47,853 nt of DNA, taken from contig NC_068990.1 of NCBI RefSeq assembly GCF_001194135.2, forward strand, positions 27,632,708-27,680,560. Direction: 5' to 3'. Position 1 is the first letter of the stretch. Every line of letters begins with the position of its first letter. Both the position numbers and the translations under genes were made by a program. The notes under the pieces are model-generated. The model had not been told where the DNA came from. It saw nothing but the letters and a program-made list of their open reading frames with translations, and made no database searches. Positions 14,081-26,816 of the stretch are shown piece by piece. The stretch comes from Octopus bimaculoides (taxonomy: Eukaryota).

Positions 14081-15082
14081 TAGTTTCGTGTTCTAGATCT
14101 CAATTTTGGTGCACCAGGCTACAAAATATTACCTGCGATATGATATGATGTTGAGTAGAATAACGGTGGCCAGATAAATCAACCTTTATTGATGAAAGTA
14201 CTAGGAAAAAGTCGAATACATCCAGAAATCTCATTGCTTCACTAAAACTTAAGTATATTATATAATCTCTCATGCAAAACCCGATATAAGCGCTATTAAG
14301 GCGGCATTCATGTTCCATTTTTAAAGACCACATATCGGCTCCATTGAGGTGAATGATCTCTAAAAATATATATAGGTGCAGGAGTGGCTGGAAAATTCGG
14401 TATGCTGTTTAATTTCGACTCCTCAAACATACTTCACAGGGATACATCTTGTCTACTGGAATGTGGAAAAACACCCCCAGTGGCAACAAAAACAACCACA
14501 AGTCTGTCTGAAACGGCAAATTTGTAAATGCTACCTTTGTAACACCCGGCGATATGCAAGACGATTAGAGAGCTTACTACTTGTTTATATAAGCAGTAGT
14601 TACATCGAATTCCTACTGGATGTTATGAAATATTGTTTGAATGTTTCTTAGAATACAGCGGAGAATTATCATTTCTTGGCTAGATTACCTTTCGTTTCAT
14701 AAATATTCTTTTATTCATAAACTTGCTTCCGTCATTCAACTGCGACCATGTTGTGGCACCGTCTTCGTACATTTCGTCCATGAAATCACAATTCCACTAA
14801 TTAAATTAATTTTGTCAATTTGTCTCACCCTAATTGCCGAACTGCTAAGTTACGGATCAAAAACAAACCAGCATCGACTATTCAAGTGATGTAAACTAAA
14901 GGAAAAATGCACGTGCACATGCACCGTAGACACTAAATAGACAAACACATCCAAAACTCACTTATAAATACACCAATGACAATACTTCATGACACATGTA
15001 TACACTACGTACACAGGTAGGAATTTGAGCATATGAATTTATCCTTGGCTGCTTATATGCATGTATACCTCTGGAGCAGCAC

Positions 15083-15102
15083 CAGTAGTAGTAGTAGTAG
15101 TC

Positions 15103-15160
<58 letters not shown>

Positions 15161-15183
15161 AAGTGGTAGTAGCAGCAGCAGTA
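15083..15183. repeat. (AGT)n microsatellite
   Basis: Read directly; it lies just beyond the 3' end of the minus-strand SINE C copy. Confidence 0.9.
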
Positions 15184-15195
15184 GTTCACATCGTA

Positions 15196-15425
15196 GCACT
15201 CCGTCGGTTACGACGACGAGGATCCCAGCTGATACGATCAGTGGAACGGCTTGCTCGTGAAATTAACGTGCAAGTGGCTGAGCACTCCACAGACACGTGT
15301 ACCCTTAACGTAGTTCTCGGGGGAGATTCAGTGTGACACAGAGTGTGACAAGGCTGGCCCTTTGAACCCACAGGTACAACAGAAACAGGAAGAAAGAGAA
15401 AGTTGTGGTGAAAGAATACAGCATG
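15196..15425 (-). mobile_element. SINE type C, 5'-truncated, next to an (AGT)n tract
   Basis: GCACTCCGTCGGTTACGACGACGAGG..GTGAAATTAACGTGCAAGTGGCTGAGCACTCCACAGACACGTGTACCCTTAACGTAGTTCTCGGGG. Confidence 0.88.
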
Positions 15426-16676
15426 GAACGCTGGGGATTCTATGGGCCCCGGCTGAGAACCACTGCACTAAACAATAAATATCTCGGTTTCTGGTTTGTT
15501 TCTCTGTTCTATGTCACACTGAATATTGTTCACTCATCCTTTTCCCCTTTTCAGCTTGTTGCGTGAATTATTAAACTGTCTAAAAATCAAAGCAAGTTGG
15601 AAAATAATCACTTTTTCATCGATGTAGAAAAACAGAATGAATTTAGGAAGTCATAAATCACTTTTAAAAAAAATTTATTTATTTATTATTTATTTTCTCA
15701 TAACGGTTTATAAAATTTCGCCTGATGGAAATGAAGCGATATAGCAAACAGAAATTTTGAAGAAAGTTAAAATATATAAAAAAGCGAAAAACTATAACAA
15801 GAGAATCGATTGTGATTACATAAATTGTCAATAGTTTGACTTATTCAATCATTATTTTCAATTGTTATCTTTTTAACAAGTACGTTATGATGCATATACT
15901 TTTATGTCTCATTCAAAATGAAAAAAGCATAATAAAAATTTAAATACAAGATGGCGTAGTAAGCCTACAGACATTAGAAAATTATGCCATATCTTAATAT
16001 TAAAATTATAAATACAATAAAATTAATAAATTTTTTAAAATAAATGAATCACTGTATGAAAGTTTATTTTCACCATTGACCCAAAATATTAATTTAAAAA
16101 TCAGAGATATCGATAAAGCACTTTTATATTGTCCTACACAATTGGAAATCTATTGTGTATGTCGCGGTTGGCCAAGAAAACGGAGATAGAGACATTTACT
16201 GTTTGCTATGGACGATTGTTACTAACTTTACACTTCCTGTTTCTCTGCACTCCTCTTTCGCATCTCCCTCCATATTATCATCATCGTTGTCGTCGTCGTC
16301 GTCGTCGTCATCATCATGGTGATGACGATGAGGAACAGAACGTCATCGTCATCATCATCATCATCATCATTGTTTTCAACGTCAATACGAAGACCATCAT
16401 CAACGCCGCCATGATTGCAATTCATTGAAAGCGGTTTAAATGCCGAAGCCATCAAAATTTTGATAAATTACGTAAAGAAATTACGTGAGGTTATCTAATT
16501 GAAAAGCCGTCAGTTGGAGAAGTGTATAGCTGTCAGTCATTTAGCCATCACATAAGAAGTAACGTTATGTGACTATTATTAGAATGTAGATTATACTTAA
16601 AACTGCTTCGGTTGAAGCATTTCAGAATATGAAGGAATTGATGGAAATATTTCAATATATATATATATGGCTAGAG

Positions 16677-16778
16677 TAAGACGTTGAGCTGACAGAAACG
16701 TTAGCAAGCCGGGCGAAGTGCTTAGCGGTGTTTTGTCTGTCTTTACGTTCAGAGTTCAAATTCCGCCGAGGTTGACTT
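16677..16778 (+). mobile_element. SINE type B, 5' part only
   Basis: GAGCTGACAGAAACGTTAGCAAGCCGGGCGAAGTGCTTAGCGG..GAGTTCAAATTCCGCCGAGGTTGACTT. Confidence 0.8.
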
Positions 16779-17094
16779 CGGTGGCGGTCATATGCACACC
16801 TGCATACATATATGTAAAGAGGGAGATACACAGACACAAGCGCACACATTCACACACATACGTATGCACGGACAGACACAGACAGTTCTATGTGTACACA
16901 TATACTTGCATAGACACGCATCCACACACACACTCACGCACGCACACATGCACAGAAACACACACACATAGAATGATTATAACATATTCTACTGCTACAA
17001 ATGGTTTCCTGATAGGAACGCAATGACGCCATTAATCTTGTTTCAGATTTAGATTTTGGCTGGGAACAGGAAATAAAAGCGGGTGGCCTCTTTC

Positions 17095-17520
17095 CACTTG
17101 CACTTCTAGTGTTTCGCCACTCCTGAACGAGGACTCTTCTCCGAGTCTCCTTGCACTTCTGTCTATTTCTGGCCTGACGTGGCCATGTAGGCCCCAGGCA
17201 GCGAATAAGATAATCTCGCCAGCCTGTGTTTAACCGACATCCTGATCTTGTTCCTTGTCTTTAGGTTTATTCCGTCAACCTGATTGTTTGTCTCGTACGA
17301 TGTGGCCAGCTCATTTATATCTGTCCTCTTCTTATGGTGTCATTGACTCTCGTATGCTGTTGAATCCAGGCATTGGTTTCTTTTTTTGTTTTGCCCTGTA
17401 ATGTGATGCCGAGCAGGATTCATTCTACTTTCCGTTAGACTACAATGACTCAGTGTTGAGAGGCTATGTTTCACTGTCTTAGATCATCACAGGCAGTATG
17501 TGCTGCTGCTTGATGATGTT
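17095..17520 (-). mobile_element. RTE-clade LINE 3' ORF remnant
   Basis: Minus-strand translation with stops and frameshifts: QHILPVMI*DSET* (cf. ILPVMTYGSETW), ILLGITLQ..ETNAWIQQHTRV, K*AGHIVR (cf. KWAGHIAR) and GWRDYLIRCLGPTWPRQARNRQK. These are typical post-RT C-terminal motifs of RTE LINEs. Confidence 0.85.
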
Positions 17521-19097
17521 TTATTTCTAAATTTCATGGAAGCTTTGGGACTTCTCTTGGGTTTGCCACCTTCCGAAAGGTTGCCCAACCATATAAGAGA
17601 GTAAAAGCTACGTTTACTTGGGAATGATGGTGGTGAAAGGCGGAAATCTCCCGAAAATCAAGAGACGAATAGCAATTGGAGTTTTTGTCTGTGTCAAATT
17701 CTTTCAGGCTCGAATTGGAAGGGAAATGGAGGAACCAAAATATTGAGACGCAAAATATTATCAGCAGATATAGACACTGACATTTTATTATAACATCTCC
17801 ATTATAAAACAGCAATGATACCCGTACATAGTCACTGGGTTTGCTAGAAATAGATGTCAAATCTGCACAAATTACACTCATTAGTAATGAAATGTGAAAT
17901 ATATATTTCCTCATACATTTGTATATAGGAAATAGCAGATAAACATGTCAGATAACTATTACTGCAGCATTTTCGATTAGAAATCCGTTTGATCAGGGCT
18001 AATTTGTAGTTAATTAACGACAACATTTATGGTAGCATTCGGTCCCTTTTGAATTATGAGATCTTATATAGTTGAAATTTATAACTCACATATTTCTGTA
18101 GATTGGGTAATAGTAAATATATTCATGCAAATATAATCATGCTGAGTGGCATGCAACTTTCGCTGGATTCATTCTGGGTTGCGAGATACAAAACTAAAAT
18201 TAAAATATTCGTTGATAATAACTATAAAATGGTGTAATTATATATAACGATTAATTCTAAAATATAAGATTAACGCTGATATTTGTTCATAATTAGAAAT
18301 CTAATTTATTATTTAATTAAAAGCCAACATTTTTTATTAGATAGAAATTATGCCTAAATATTGGATTAAAACTAATAAAATTTAGCATTTCTTTACATTG
18401 TTATTTTCGTAATCCAACAAGGTAGAAGTGATGGTTAATAGAAGAGACCCCACCTCTCAACTTCAATATTATTCAAATTCTCTATCAAACTATAAGCAGT
18501 TCATCAATTTTCAGTGTGGTCATAACGTTTATCCTAACTATACAAAAGAGCTATGCCTTTCTTCTTGGCAGGTTTTAATAAAATGTTATAATGTTCAGAG
18601 ATGATTTTAACTGAATGTTATGCTCGTATAAATTGGCCATCCTGCTTGGTTAAGATGTAGATGTTTCATTCTTCAATGAAAAACAGAATTTGAAACGATT
18701 TCTAGTAAAATTCATTGCTTTACTTTATCAGTAGCGACTAATTTTGTCTTAGCATGCAGTGCCAGTAAATAATTTCCATTGACGAAGCTCACAGAGCAGA
18801 AATACATATTTACCACCGCAATTGCCGCTACTGATTTATTTCTGTGTTTATTTCTAAAGCTATACATCCATAAGAGATGTTTTCTCGAGAAGTATATCGC
18901 AGTTTAGCAAGTATTCACGCTATATTTTCTTTCAGTATGATATATAGATTACTATTTTGAACAAATCCTCCGTCCGCTGCTAAACACAAATTTTTATACA
19001 GCCTGCTCGCTAATTGCGACATCACTGGTTTGTTAATCACCACTAAGCATATCAGTAGTTGCTATTTTTCTCCTTGCACGCAGTGGCAGTAGATACC

Positions 19098-19138
19098 TGC
19101 TACTGACGAAGCCCAAAGAAAAGGAAACGTATTTAGCA
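19098..19138 (+). ncRNA. Decayed minimal hammerhead-like motif
   Basis: TGCTA-CTGACGA-agcccaaagaaaag-GAAA-CGTA-TT-TAGCA. The core and a 5-bp stem I (TGCTA/TAGCA) are present, but stem II cannot pair. Confidence 0.35.
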
Positions 19139-19643
19139 ATGCCATTACCGTTGCTCGACATTTTCCTACTGCTGGTATATTTTTATGTTTTTTAACATTG
19201 TACGTCTATAAAACATATTATCTCGAGGTGAATACTGCAGCTTAGCAGGCTTACAATAATGTATTTACTTTAAGTATTATATACAGATTGCTAATTTGGT
19301 TTGTATTAACTCTTGAATTATATTAAAAACTGTAAGGTATTTGTGAAATGTATAACGTTTGAATTAAAGTTCAAGATAATATTGTTAAAATTCAATTCCA
19401 TACCTATGAAAACTAGCTGGGAGAATAGCTTTAGCAGTTAAAACTAGTTGAGGGCAGTTGCCGTTGACTAGAGATCACACATGGACCCTCATCTGCAGAC
19501 GAAAGCTATTTTATTGCTGCTATCGAACTCAGGCGAAATGAAGAAGCTAAAGAGAGAAACACTTCTACCCCTAAGGTAGTTGCAAAACGTCGTCCTTCAT
19601 TGCGAGATGTTTCGTCACTTTTAAGAGAAGAGCTTGCAATATA

Positions 19644-19957
19644 TGTCTTCTACTATAACCTCGGGTCGAGTAAAGCCTTGTGAGTGGATTTGGTAGACGG
19701 AAACTGGAAGTCCGTCGTATATGTATATGTATATGTATATGTATATATATGTGTATATATANNNNNNNNNNNNNNNNNNNNNNNNNNNNNNNNNNNNNNN
19801 NNNNNNNNNNNNNNNNNNNNNNNNNNNNNNNNNNNNNNNNNNNNNNNNNNNNNNNNNNNNNNNNNNNNNNNNNNNNNNNNNNNNNNNNNNNNNNNNNNNN
19901 NNNNNNNNNNNNNNNNNNNNNNNNNNNNNNNNNNNNNNNNNNNNNNNNNNNNNNNNN

Positions 19958-19991
<34 letters not shown>

Positions 19992-20220
19992 TGTGTGTGT
20001 ATATGTTTGTGTGTATATGTTTGTGTGTCTATGTTTATCCACCCAGCATCACTTGACAACCGATGCTGGTGTGTTTATGTCCCTGTAACTTAGCGGTTCC
20101 GAAAAAGTGACCGATAGAATAAGTACTAGACTTACAAAAGAATAAGCTCTGATGTCGATCTGCTCGACTAAATGCGGTGCTCCACCGTGGCCGCAGTGAA
20201 ATGACTGAACACGTAACAAA
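19644..20220 (+). mobile_element. SINE type A, 5'-truncated, spanning an N-gap in its internal microsatellite
   Basis: TGTCTTCTACTATAACCTCGGG..GTGAGTGGATTTGGTAGACGGAAACTG, then microsatellite and gap 19762-19957, then the A 3' half. Confidence 0.85.
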
Positions 20221-21320
20221 AAATATATACATATATATGTATGCGCATGCGCAAGTGTACATTTGTATGAATGTTTGTATTGAGGCAGGTTAGACTTCAT
20301 AACAAGTTACGTACATTGTCGCTGGCTCACACAATACCATTTCAAAAAATGATCGAGTTATATAAGCTATTCGCTTATTCTGTTCACACTGAAATTAAAC
20401 GTGTTTTACTTTCAACAAAAACTTGTGTGTAATTCTATTATCCCCGATATGGTTATCATCTGGAACATATTAATAACGGAATGACTGTTTTGTTTTAAAT
20501 ATTTAATGCTTAGACATAATACACTCATGTCTATTAATATTAGCTGTAAACCTAAACGATATGTTTGATAAATAATGCTACCATTCTCATCTTTTCACAT
20601 AAATGCTTTATTCTACAATTTTTTTGTTTTATTAGAACAGACACCATCCCCCACCACCACCACAACAGAGAATCATTTAATGTCGGACTCTCAAATTTAG
20701 GCTGATGCATTTTAATTAGGATGCTGATTATAATTTGTTTTAGAGAATATGGCAATATCATTATCATTTTTCCGTATTCCTTTCTGTATTGAAAATGACT
20801 CCGCTCATCACATCCAGCGATACCTGGACATAATGACTCGATGATACGTATTAAGTTTACCTTCTCTACGCTGTGCTTCATGGATTCTGTGTAAGTTGGT
20901 AATCCGTAATACGTACTTACCCTTAATTATCACGCTTGTAATCACCAAGGTGAATATTATATGGCTGCCAGGAAGCAATACCGCTCTTACTTACAATAAT
21001 TCTCGATGTGGCCCTTGTTTCCTGTCAGCACGTTGCTAATATAGGTTTCTACTTTAATACATCAATTATTTGATAATCATCTTCGTTTACTTCTGAAGAT
21101 TTCGGCTTGAGAACCCATTAAACAAGCAACTTCTGCATTTCTTTGATGTAACTTTTTGCCTAATTCAATTATTGATATTCCTTTAAAGACCGGTATTTTC
21201 TCTTCTTTTTTTTTTCCATCTGTTAGCATGTTCAAGTATTGCAATATAATACATAGCACACATTAATTCTTACTCATGAGGTGAAGCCGGTATTATGAAT
21301 ATTTTAATTTAAACTGGTCT

Positions 21321-21600
21321 GAAGTCGGTAAGCTGGAAAATGCTTGGTGACTTCTTGTCCGTCTTCCGAGTTCTGAGTTCAAATTCCGTCGAAGTCCACT
21401 TTGCCATTCATCCTTCCGTGATCGATAACATAATTACCGGCTGTGCACTAAACCTACCCTCAAATTGCAAGGCCCTGCACCAACATTTGAAACCAATCTA
21501 AACTGTCATAAAATAAATACCAGTTGAGCACTATGGTCGATGTAATCGACTTAGGCCTTCTCACAAAATTGCTGGCATTGTGCCAAAAATTGAAATCGAT
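21321..21600 (+). mobile_element. SINE type B, alternative-tail variant with a partly duplicated 3' end
   Basis: TTCTGAGTTCAAATTCCGTCGAAGTCCACTTTGCCATTCATCC..; tail CAAAATTGCTGGCATTGTGCCAAAAATTGAAATC; a related tail-like segment also occurs at about 21455-21497. Confidence 0.65.
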
Positions 21601-23671
21601 TTTAACTTGAGTTCCCTTATTCTTTTATACAATCAAGTCGTAATCCTCACATAAAAATAGATATTCTACTTCCATTATAACTTTATCCATTCCCAATGAA
21701 TATACTTTACAGTTCTTCAAAATTTTACTGTCTGCAGTATTTAGTACATATTGTTAATAATCAGCATGTATAATGTACACCACCCGTAGTTTTATTCATT
21801 TGACTTGCTTGTTAACCTTCTCATAACACTCCAGTAGTTTTCAAGTTATCCTCTTGATGAAATAACTGTTACAGAAATTGCACTGTTTACGCTGAAGTTA
21901 AATTTACAGTTTTGAGCCAGTAGTCTGGTTTACTCTTTGCCTTTTCTATACGACGATTTCTATTTTACACTCTAAGCTGTAGTCGACTGTACTCATTTAA
22001 GCTTTTGTAGTTTCCATTTTCACATTTCAAATTGCGTGTTTCTCGCTTTGATAATTTCAGTTTTATTCGTTTGTGATGATTGGTGATTGTATTATTTATG
22101 TTGTACTTCCAAACTTGAAGAATATTTGAAGTGTTTCTTTCTATTTGATAAGGTTTATATTTTTCAAGTCACGGCCCACTTGCAATGATATATTCAAATG
22201 TGTGCTGCTACGCATATCAAGATATTTAAGCTTTTATACCGTTCTCTTATACAATTTGACTCTCACTAACTTTTACGTAATTTCCTGTTATTTTGTTGAC
22301 TATGGCCAGTTCTAGTTGGAAAACCATTCTTCATATATTTGTATTAAACGGCCTGCCTTTTCAAGTATATATTTCGTACCTGTTCCAGCGTAGCATTTTG
22401 AAACACTAGAAGGGTGTTAAATAGAATTTGATATTCATTTGTTCTTTCAAGCATGATATGAACTGCCTATGAATCACCGTTGAACATAAAACAACACACT
22501 TGTAACGGCCTACTATTGGATTTAGTGATAATGCTGGTTATAACCTCCATGGTTGGTATTTATATTACGGGTATTATTGTATTCAGAAACAAGTTATTAT
22601 TCTCTTGTATATCTCCATTAGGACGTGTGTTCTTTAAGGAAACTGCTTTAGTCGATGTTAAATGGGAAGATTCAGTGATGTGAAATGATATTATATTTTA
22701 CAATACATTTTACTTGAATGTTAAGATAGTCTGGGCTTAAGCAAATTCGAGAGCATTCTTCATAAGGCCTATACATTTACACGCGTATGTGCACGCATAT
22801 ATCTGTGTGTGTGTTCGTGTGTTTGTAAGCGTATTTATTCAAATATATGTACACGTATGAATATATATATGTATATATATATACATATTTATATGTTTGT
22901 TTTCTTCATTCAAGAATGAGCTGCAAGAAAATGTAGAATTGTATCTCAACAAGTTTCGTTAGTAGATCTAAGTCTAGAATCACATAAAACGCCCTGAAAT
23001 TGATTGTTGATGCAGAATTAATGAAGTGTTAGGGTATTAAACCTGCGGATTGTTAAATGTGTTACTAATATCTTCTGTAAGGGAGAGTTATTTTGTGTTT
23101 CTTAGTTCTTCATTTGAGCAATGGCTTAACAGCGGGTTAAAATTAAACAGCCACCATAATCATTATATTCTTCTCTTATAGACTTATAGACTTCATTTAA
23201 CAAGATTACATAGTTATACAAATTTCTGGAGGGATTTAAACGATTTAGTCGAAGCGATACGTCAGTAGCTGTTATAGCATTGGAAGTGAAGGGATGTAAA
23301 GTGAAGAACAGCCGCAAGGCAGAGAAGGAGTGAATGAAACTTCTTTGATCATTGTTCTTACCATTCAGGGAGGACCTTATGCTAAACAACAACAACAACA
23401 ACAACAATGACGACGACGACGACAATATACTACATAGGACACAGAAAGTCACTTTTCTCATCAACACATGTTGTAGCGTTTACAATGAAAGAAAAAGTAA
23501 TCGTCAGCAAATATCACCTGGTACCACTCATATTTACCAGCTGAAAAGACTGGAGCAACATGAAATGAAGTACATTGACAAGTATTGAACTCACAACTCT
23601 ACGATCATGAGATAAATACTCTAACCGCCTACCAACGTTCCTTCACGACAATTCACTAATAGATAACAAGA

Positions 23672-24047
23672 GTGGAGGCGCAATGGCCCAATGGTTAGGG
23701 CAGTGGACTCGTGGTCGTAGGATCGTGGTTTCAATTCCAAGACCAGGCGTTGTGAGTGTTTATTGAGCAAAAACACCTAAAGCTGCACGAGGCTCCGCCA
23801 GATAGTGGTGGAGAACCCTGCTGTACTCTTTCACCACAAATTTCTCTCACTCTTTGTTCGTGTTTCTGTTGTACTTGTATTTCAAAGGGCCAATCTTGTC
23901 ACACACTATGTCACGCTGAATCTCCTAGAGAACTAAGTTGAGGGTACACGTGCTTGTGGAGTGCTCAGCCACTTAATTTCACGAGCAGTCTGTTCCGTTC
24001 ATCGGATGAAATGGAACTCACGTCGTCGTAACCGACGGAGTGCCACG
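23672..24047 (+). mobile_element. SINE type C, full length, with an 11-bp target-site duplication
   Basis: tRNA-like head GGAGGCGCAATGGCCCAATGGTTAGGGCAGTGGACTCG..GGTTTCAATTCC and 3' module GAGAACTA.GTT.AGGGTACACGTG..CGTCGTCGTAACCGACGGAGTGCC. TSD AGATAACAAGA at 23661-23671 and 24048-24058. Confidence 0.92.
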
Positions 24048-24192
24048 AGATAACAAGAAAATGATAAGGAACAGTAGCTTACAGTAAGGATGACGATATT
24101 GCTACAAGCTCTCCTTTAGAATCCAGTTACTGTGAGTTCAGTCTCCCTATATAGCACCTACGTTAGGTGTCAACCACCAGAAATTCGAGATA

Positions 24193-24430
24193 AAAGCGGC
24201 GAGCTGGCTGAAACGTTAGCACGCCGGGCGAAATGCTTAGCGTATTTCGTCTGCCGTTACGTTCTGAGTTCAAATTCCGCCGAGGCCGACTTTGCCTTTC
24301 ATCCTTTCGGGGTCGATGAAATAAGTACCAGTCACGCACTGGGGTCAGTGTAATCGACTTAATCCCTTTGTTTGTCCTTGTTTGTCCTCTCTACGTTTAG
24401 CGCCTTTTTGGGAAATTAAGAAATAAGAAA
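24193..24430 (+). mobile_element. SINE type B, full length
   Basis: GCGGCGAGCTGGCTGAAACGTTAGCACGCCGGGCGAAATGCTTAGCG..GAGTTCAAATTCCGCCGAGG..TTTGTCCTTGTTTGTCC..AAGAAATAAGAA. Confidence 0.9.
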
Positions 24431-25355
24431 CTCGAGTTCACTCGAGCTCGATGGATTGTCTTGTATCTTTATTTTTTGCTTTATCGTTTTCACCATAACT
24501 TTCAAAAACTTGTATCACTGNNNNNNNNNNNNNNNNNNNNNNNNNNNNNNNNNNNNNNNNNNNNNNNNNNNNNNNNNNNNNNNNNNNNNNNNNNNNNNNN
24601 NNNNNNNNNNNNNNNNNNNNNNNNNNNNNNNNNNNNNNNNNNNNNNNNNNNNNNNNNNNNNNNNNNNNNNNNNNNNNNNNNNNNNNNNNNNNNNNNNNNN
24701 NNNNNNNNNNNNNNNNNNNNNNNNNNNNNNNNNNNNNNNNNNNNNNNNNNNNNNNNNNNNNNNNNNNNNNNNNNNNNNNNNNNNNNNNNNNNNNNNNNNN
24801 NNNNNNNNNNNNNNNNNNNNNNNNNNNNNNNNNNNNNNNNNNNNNNNNNNNNNNNNNNNNNNNNNNNNNNNNNNNNNNNNNNNNNNNNNNNNNNNNNNNN
24901 NNNNNNNNNNNNNNNNNNNNNNNNNNNNNNNNNNNNNNNNNNNNNNNNNNNNNNNNNNNNNNNNNNNNNNNNNNNNNNNNNNNNNNNNNNNNNNNNNNNN
25001 NNNNNNNNNNNNNNNNNNNNNNNNNNNNNNNNNNNNNNNNNNNNNNNNNNNNNNNNNNNNNNNNNNNNNNNNNNNNNNNNNNNNNNNNNNNNNNNNNNNN
25101 NNNNNNNNNNNNNNNNNNNNNNNNNNNNNNNNNNNNNNNNNNNNNNNNNNNNNNNNNNNNNNNNNNNNNNNNNNNNNNNNNNNNNNNNNNNNNNNNNNNN
25201 NNNNNNNNNNNNNNNNNNNNNNNNNNNNNNNNNNNNNNNNNNNNNNNNNNNNNNNNNNNNNNNNNNNNNNNNNNNNNNNNNNNNNNNNNNNNNNNNNNNN
25301 NNNNNNNNNNNNNNNNNNNNNNNNNNNNNNNNNNNNNNNNNNNNNNNNNNNNNNN

Positions 25356-25394
<39 letters not shown>

Positions 25395-25804
25395 TACACC
25401 CCACCAAGAAATAGTGTTTTATGTGTATAAAACCTAAGAGATAGACAGAATAAAAGATTGAATTTGTTTTGTCGGAATGTTTTGTGTGTAAGTGTGTGTT
25501 TCTGACTATGTGAATGTGTGTGTTTGAGTATGTGAACGTATGTGTGTGTGTGTGCGCGCTTGTGTTTGTGAATTCGTGAGAGTGCGTGGCTGCGGTTCTA
25601 ACTGTGTGTATGTATTTAAAAAAGAGAATAAATTTACCAATTACAACCCCGAGAACCGTGGACTCTTCTACTGTCCATGTTACCAAAATTTCCAAATGAA
25701 TACATGTTTAATAAATTGTCTTATATCTACACACACACACACACACACACAAGAAATACATTACATACACACATATAAACATATATGTATAATACATGTG
25801 TGTA

Positions 25805-25842
<38 letters not shown>

Positions 25843-25855
25843 CATGTGCAGGTAG

Positions 25856-25948
25856 GGAATTATCACCAGAAGCGTGAAAGTATGGGATAGATCTCTTGAC
25901 AGTTCTGAGGAAATTCCTGAACTTTGTGGAAGTGAAGGTATCACCAAG
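25856..25948 (-). pseudogene. Possible decayed LTR-retrotransposon (Ty3/Gypsy-like) integrase fragment
   Basis: A minus frame gives LGDTFTSTKFRNFLRTVKRSIPYFHASGDNS, resembling the rve motif DNGxxFTSxEFxxFLxxxGIxHxRSxPYHPASNG. The match is short and judged by eye only. Confidence 0.35.
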
Positions 25949-26816
25949 TTACAGACACTTTTGTTGTTCTTGTTCTCATTAAACAATTAGTATTTCAAAT
26001 TACATTTCGCATTGTCTTGTTATTTCTTGTTACATAATAGTAGTTGGCCAGCGATGACTCACTCCTAAAGCAAACCTAGGCGACACATGTACCTGGTTCA
26101 AACACCGATTTTTGCTAGATCATATTGTTCATTTCGAAACGTCATCGTTCGATAAAGTAATGCAAACATGATCTTCCAATTGAAATCTCCATCTAATTAC
26201 GCAGCGAGGAGTGCAGCATCTCAACTATCGTTATTTTTAAAACAGTGGTTTTTTCAGAAAACGGTTCTATTTAGATACCAATTGCAGGACAATGAATGGT
26301 AACGTAGAAGCTTTGATATCGGTATAATCAGATGTCATTTTCAATCTAATCATTTCTGGTATTCATATAATTTATTTGTTAATTTTTTTTGTTTTGTAAA
26401 GGCCTATCATTATCGGATTACGAAGAAAGATTCCATTCTAGATGAACGTCATAGTAAGCAGAAGAAAAATCATAAGCGGGTTAACTAAAACGAAATGAAG
26501 GTCCATGCATATACGAAGGTTTAAATCCCTCTTCCTCCCTTTCTGTCTCTCTCTCTCTCTCACTCTCTCTTTCTCTATCTGTCTATCCATCTATCTATCT
26601 ATCAGTTAGTAAATGAGATATGCAAGTTATAATCTGTAGTTCACGGTATTGGACCACTCAGCACACTGATATGACTGCCAACACACGACACTCACGGCAC
26701 TCGAGTCAATATATTGCTTCTGTTAAGTATATATAAAACACACACAAAACATTGAAAGAGGTTAAAATAAGGCATTTGTAGCAGCCTTCAATAGCGATTC
26801 CGAGCACTACGTCTTT

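Noticed and set aside
17558-17590. Short hairpin TTGGG..ACCTT-CCG-AAAGGT..CCCAA as a Helitron 3' end
   Set aside because: There is no CTRR terminus at the expected distance on either strand.
23330-23425. Minus-strand micro-exon candidate with a GTAAGA donor
   Set aside because: It resembles a degenerate interspersed repeat (cf. 41273-41325, TTTAGCCCCAGGTCA..CTATGATC) following a (TTG)n tract.
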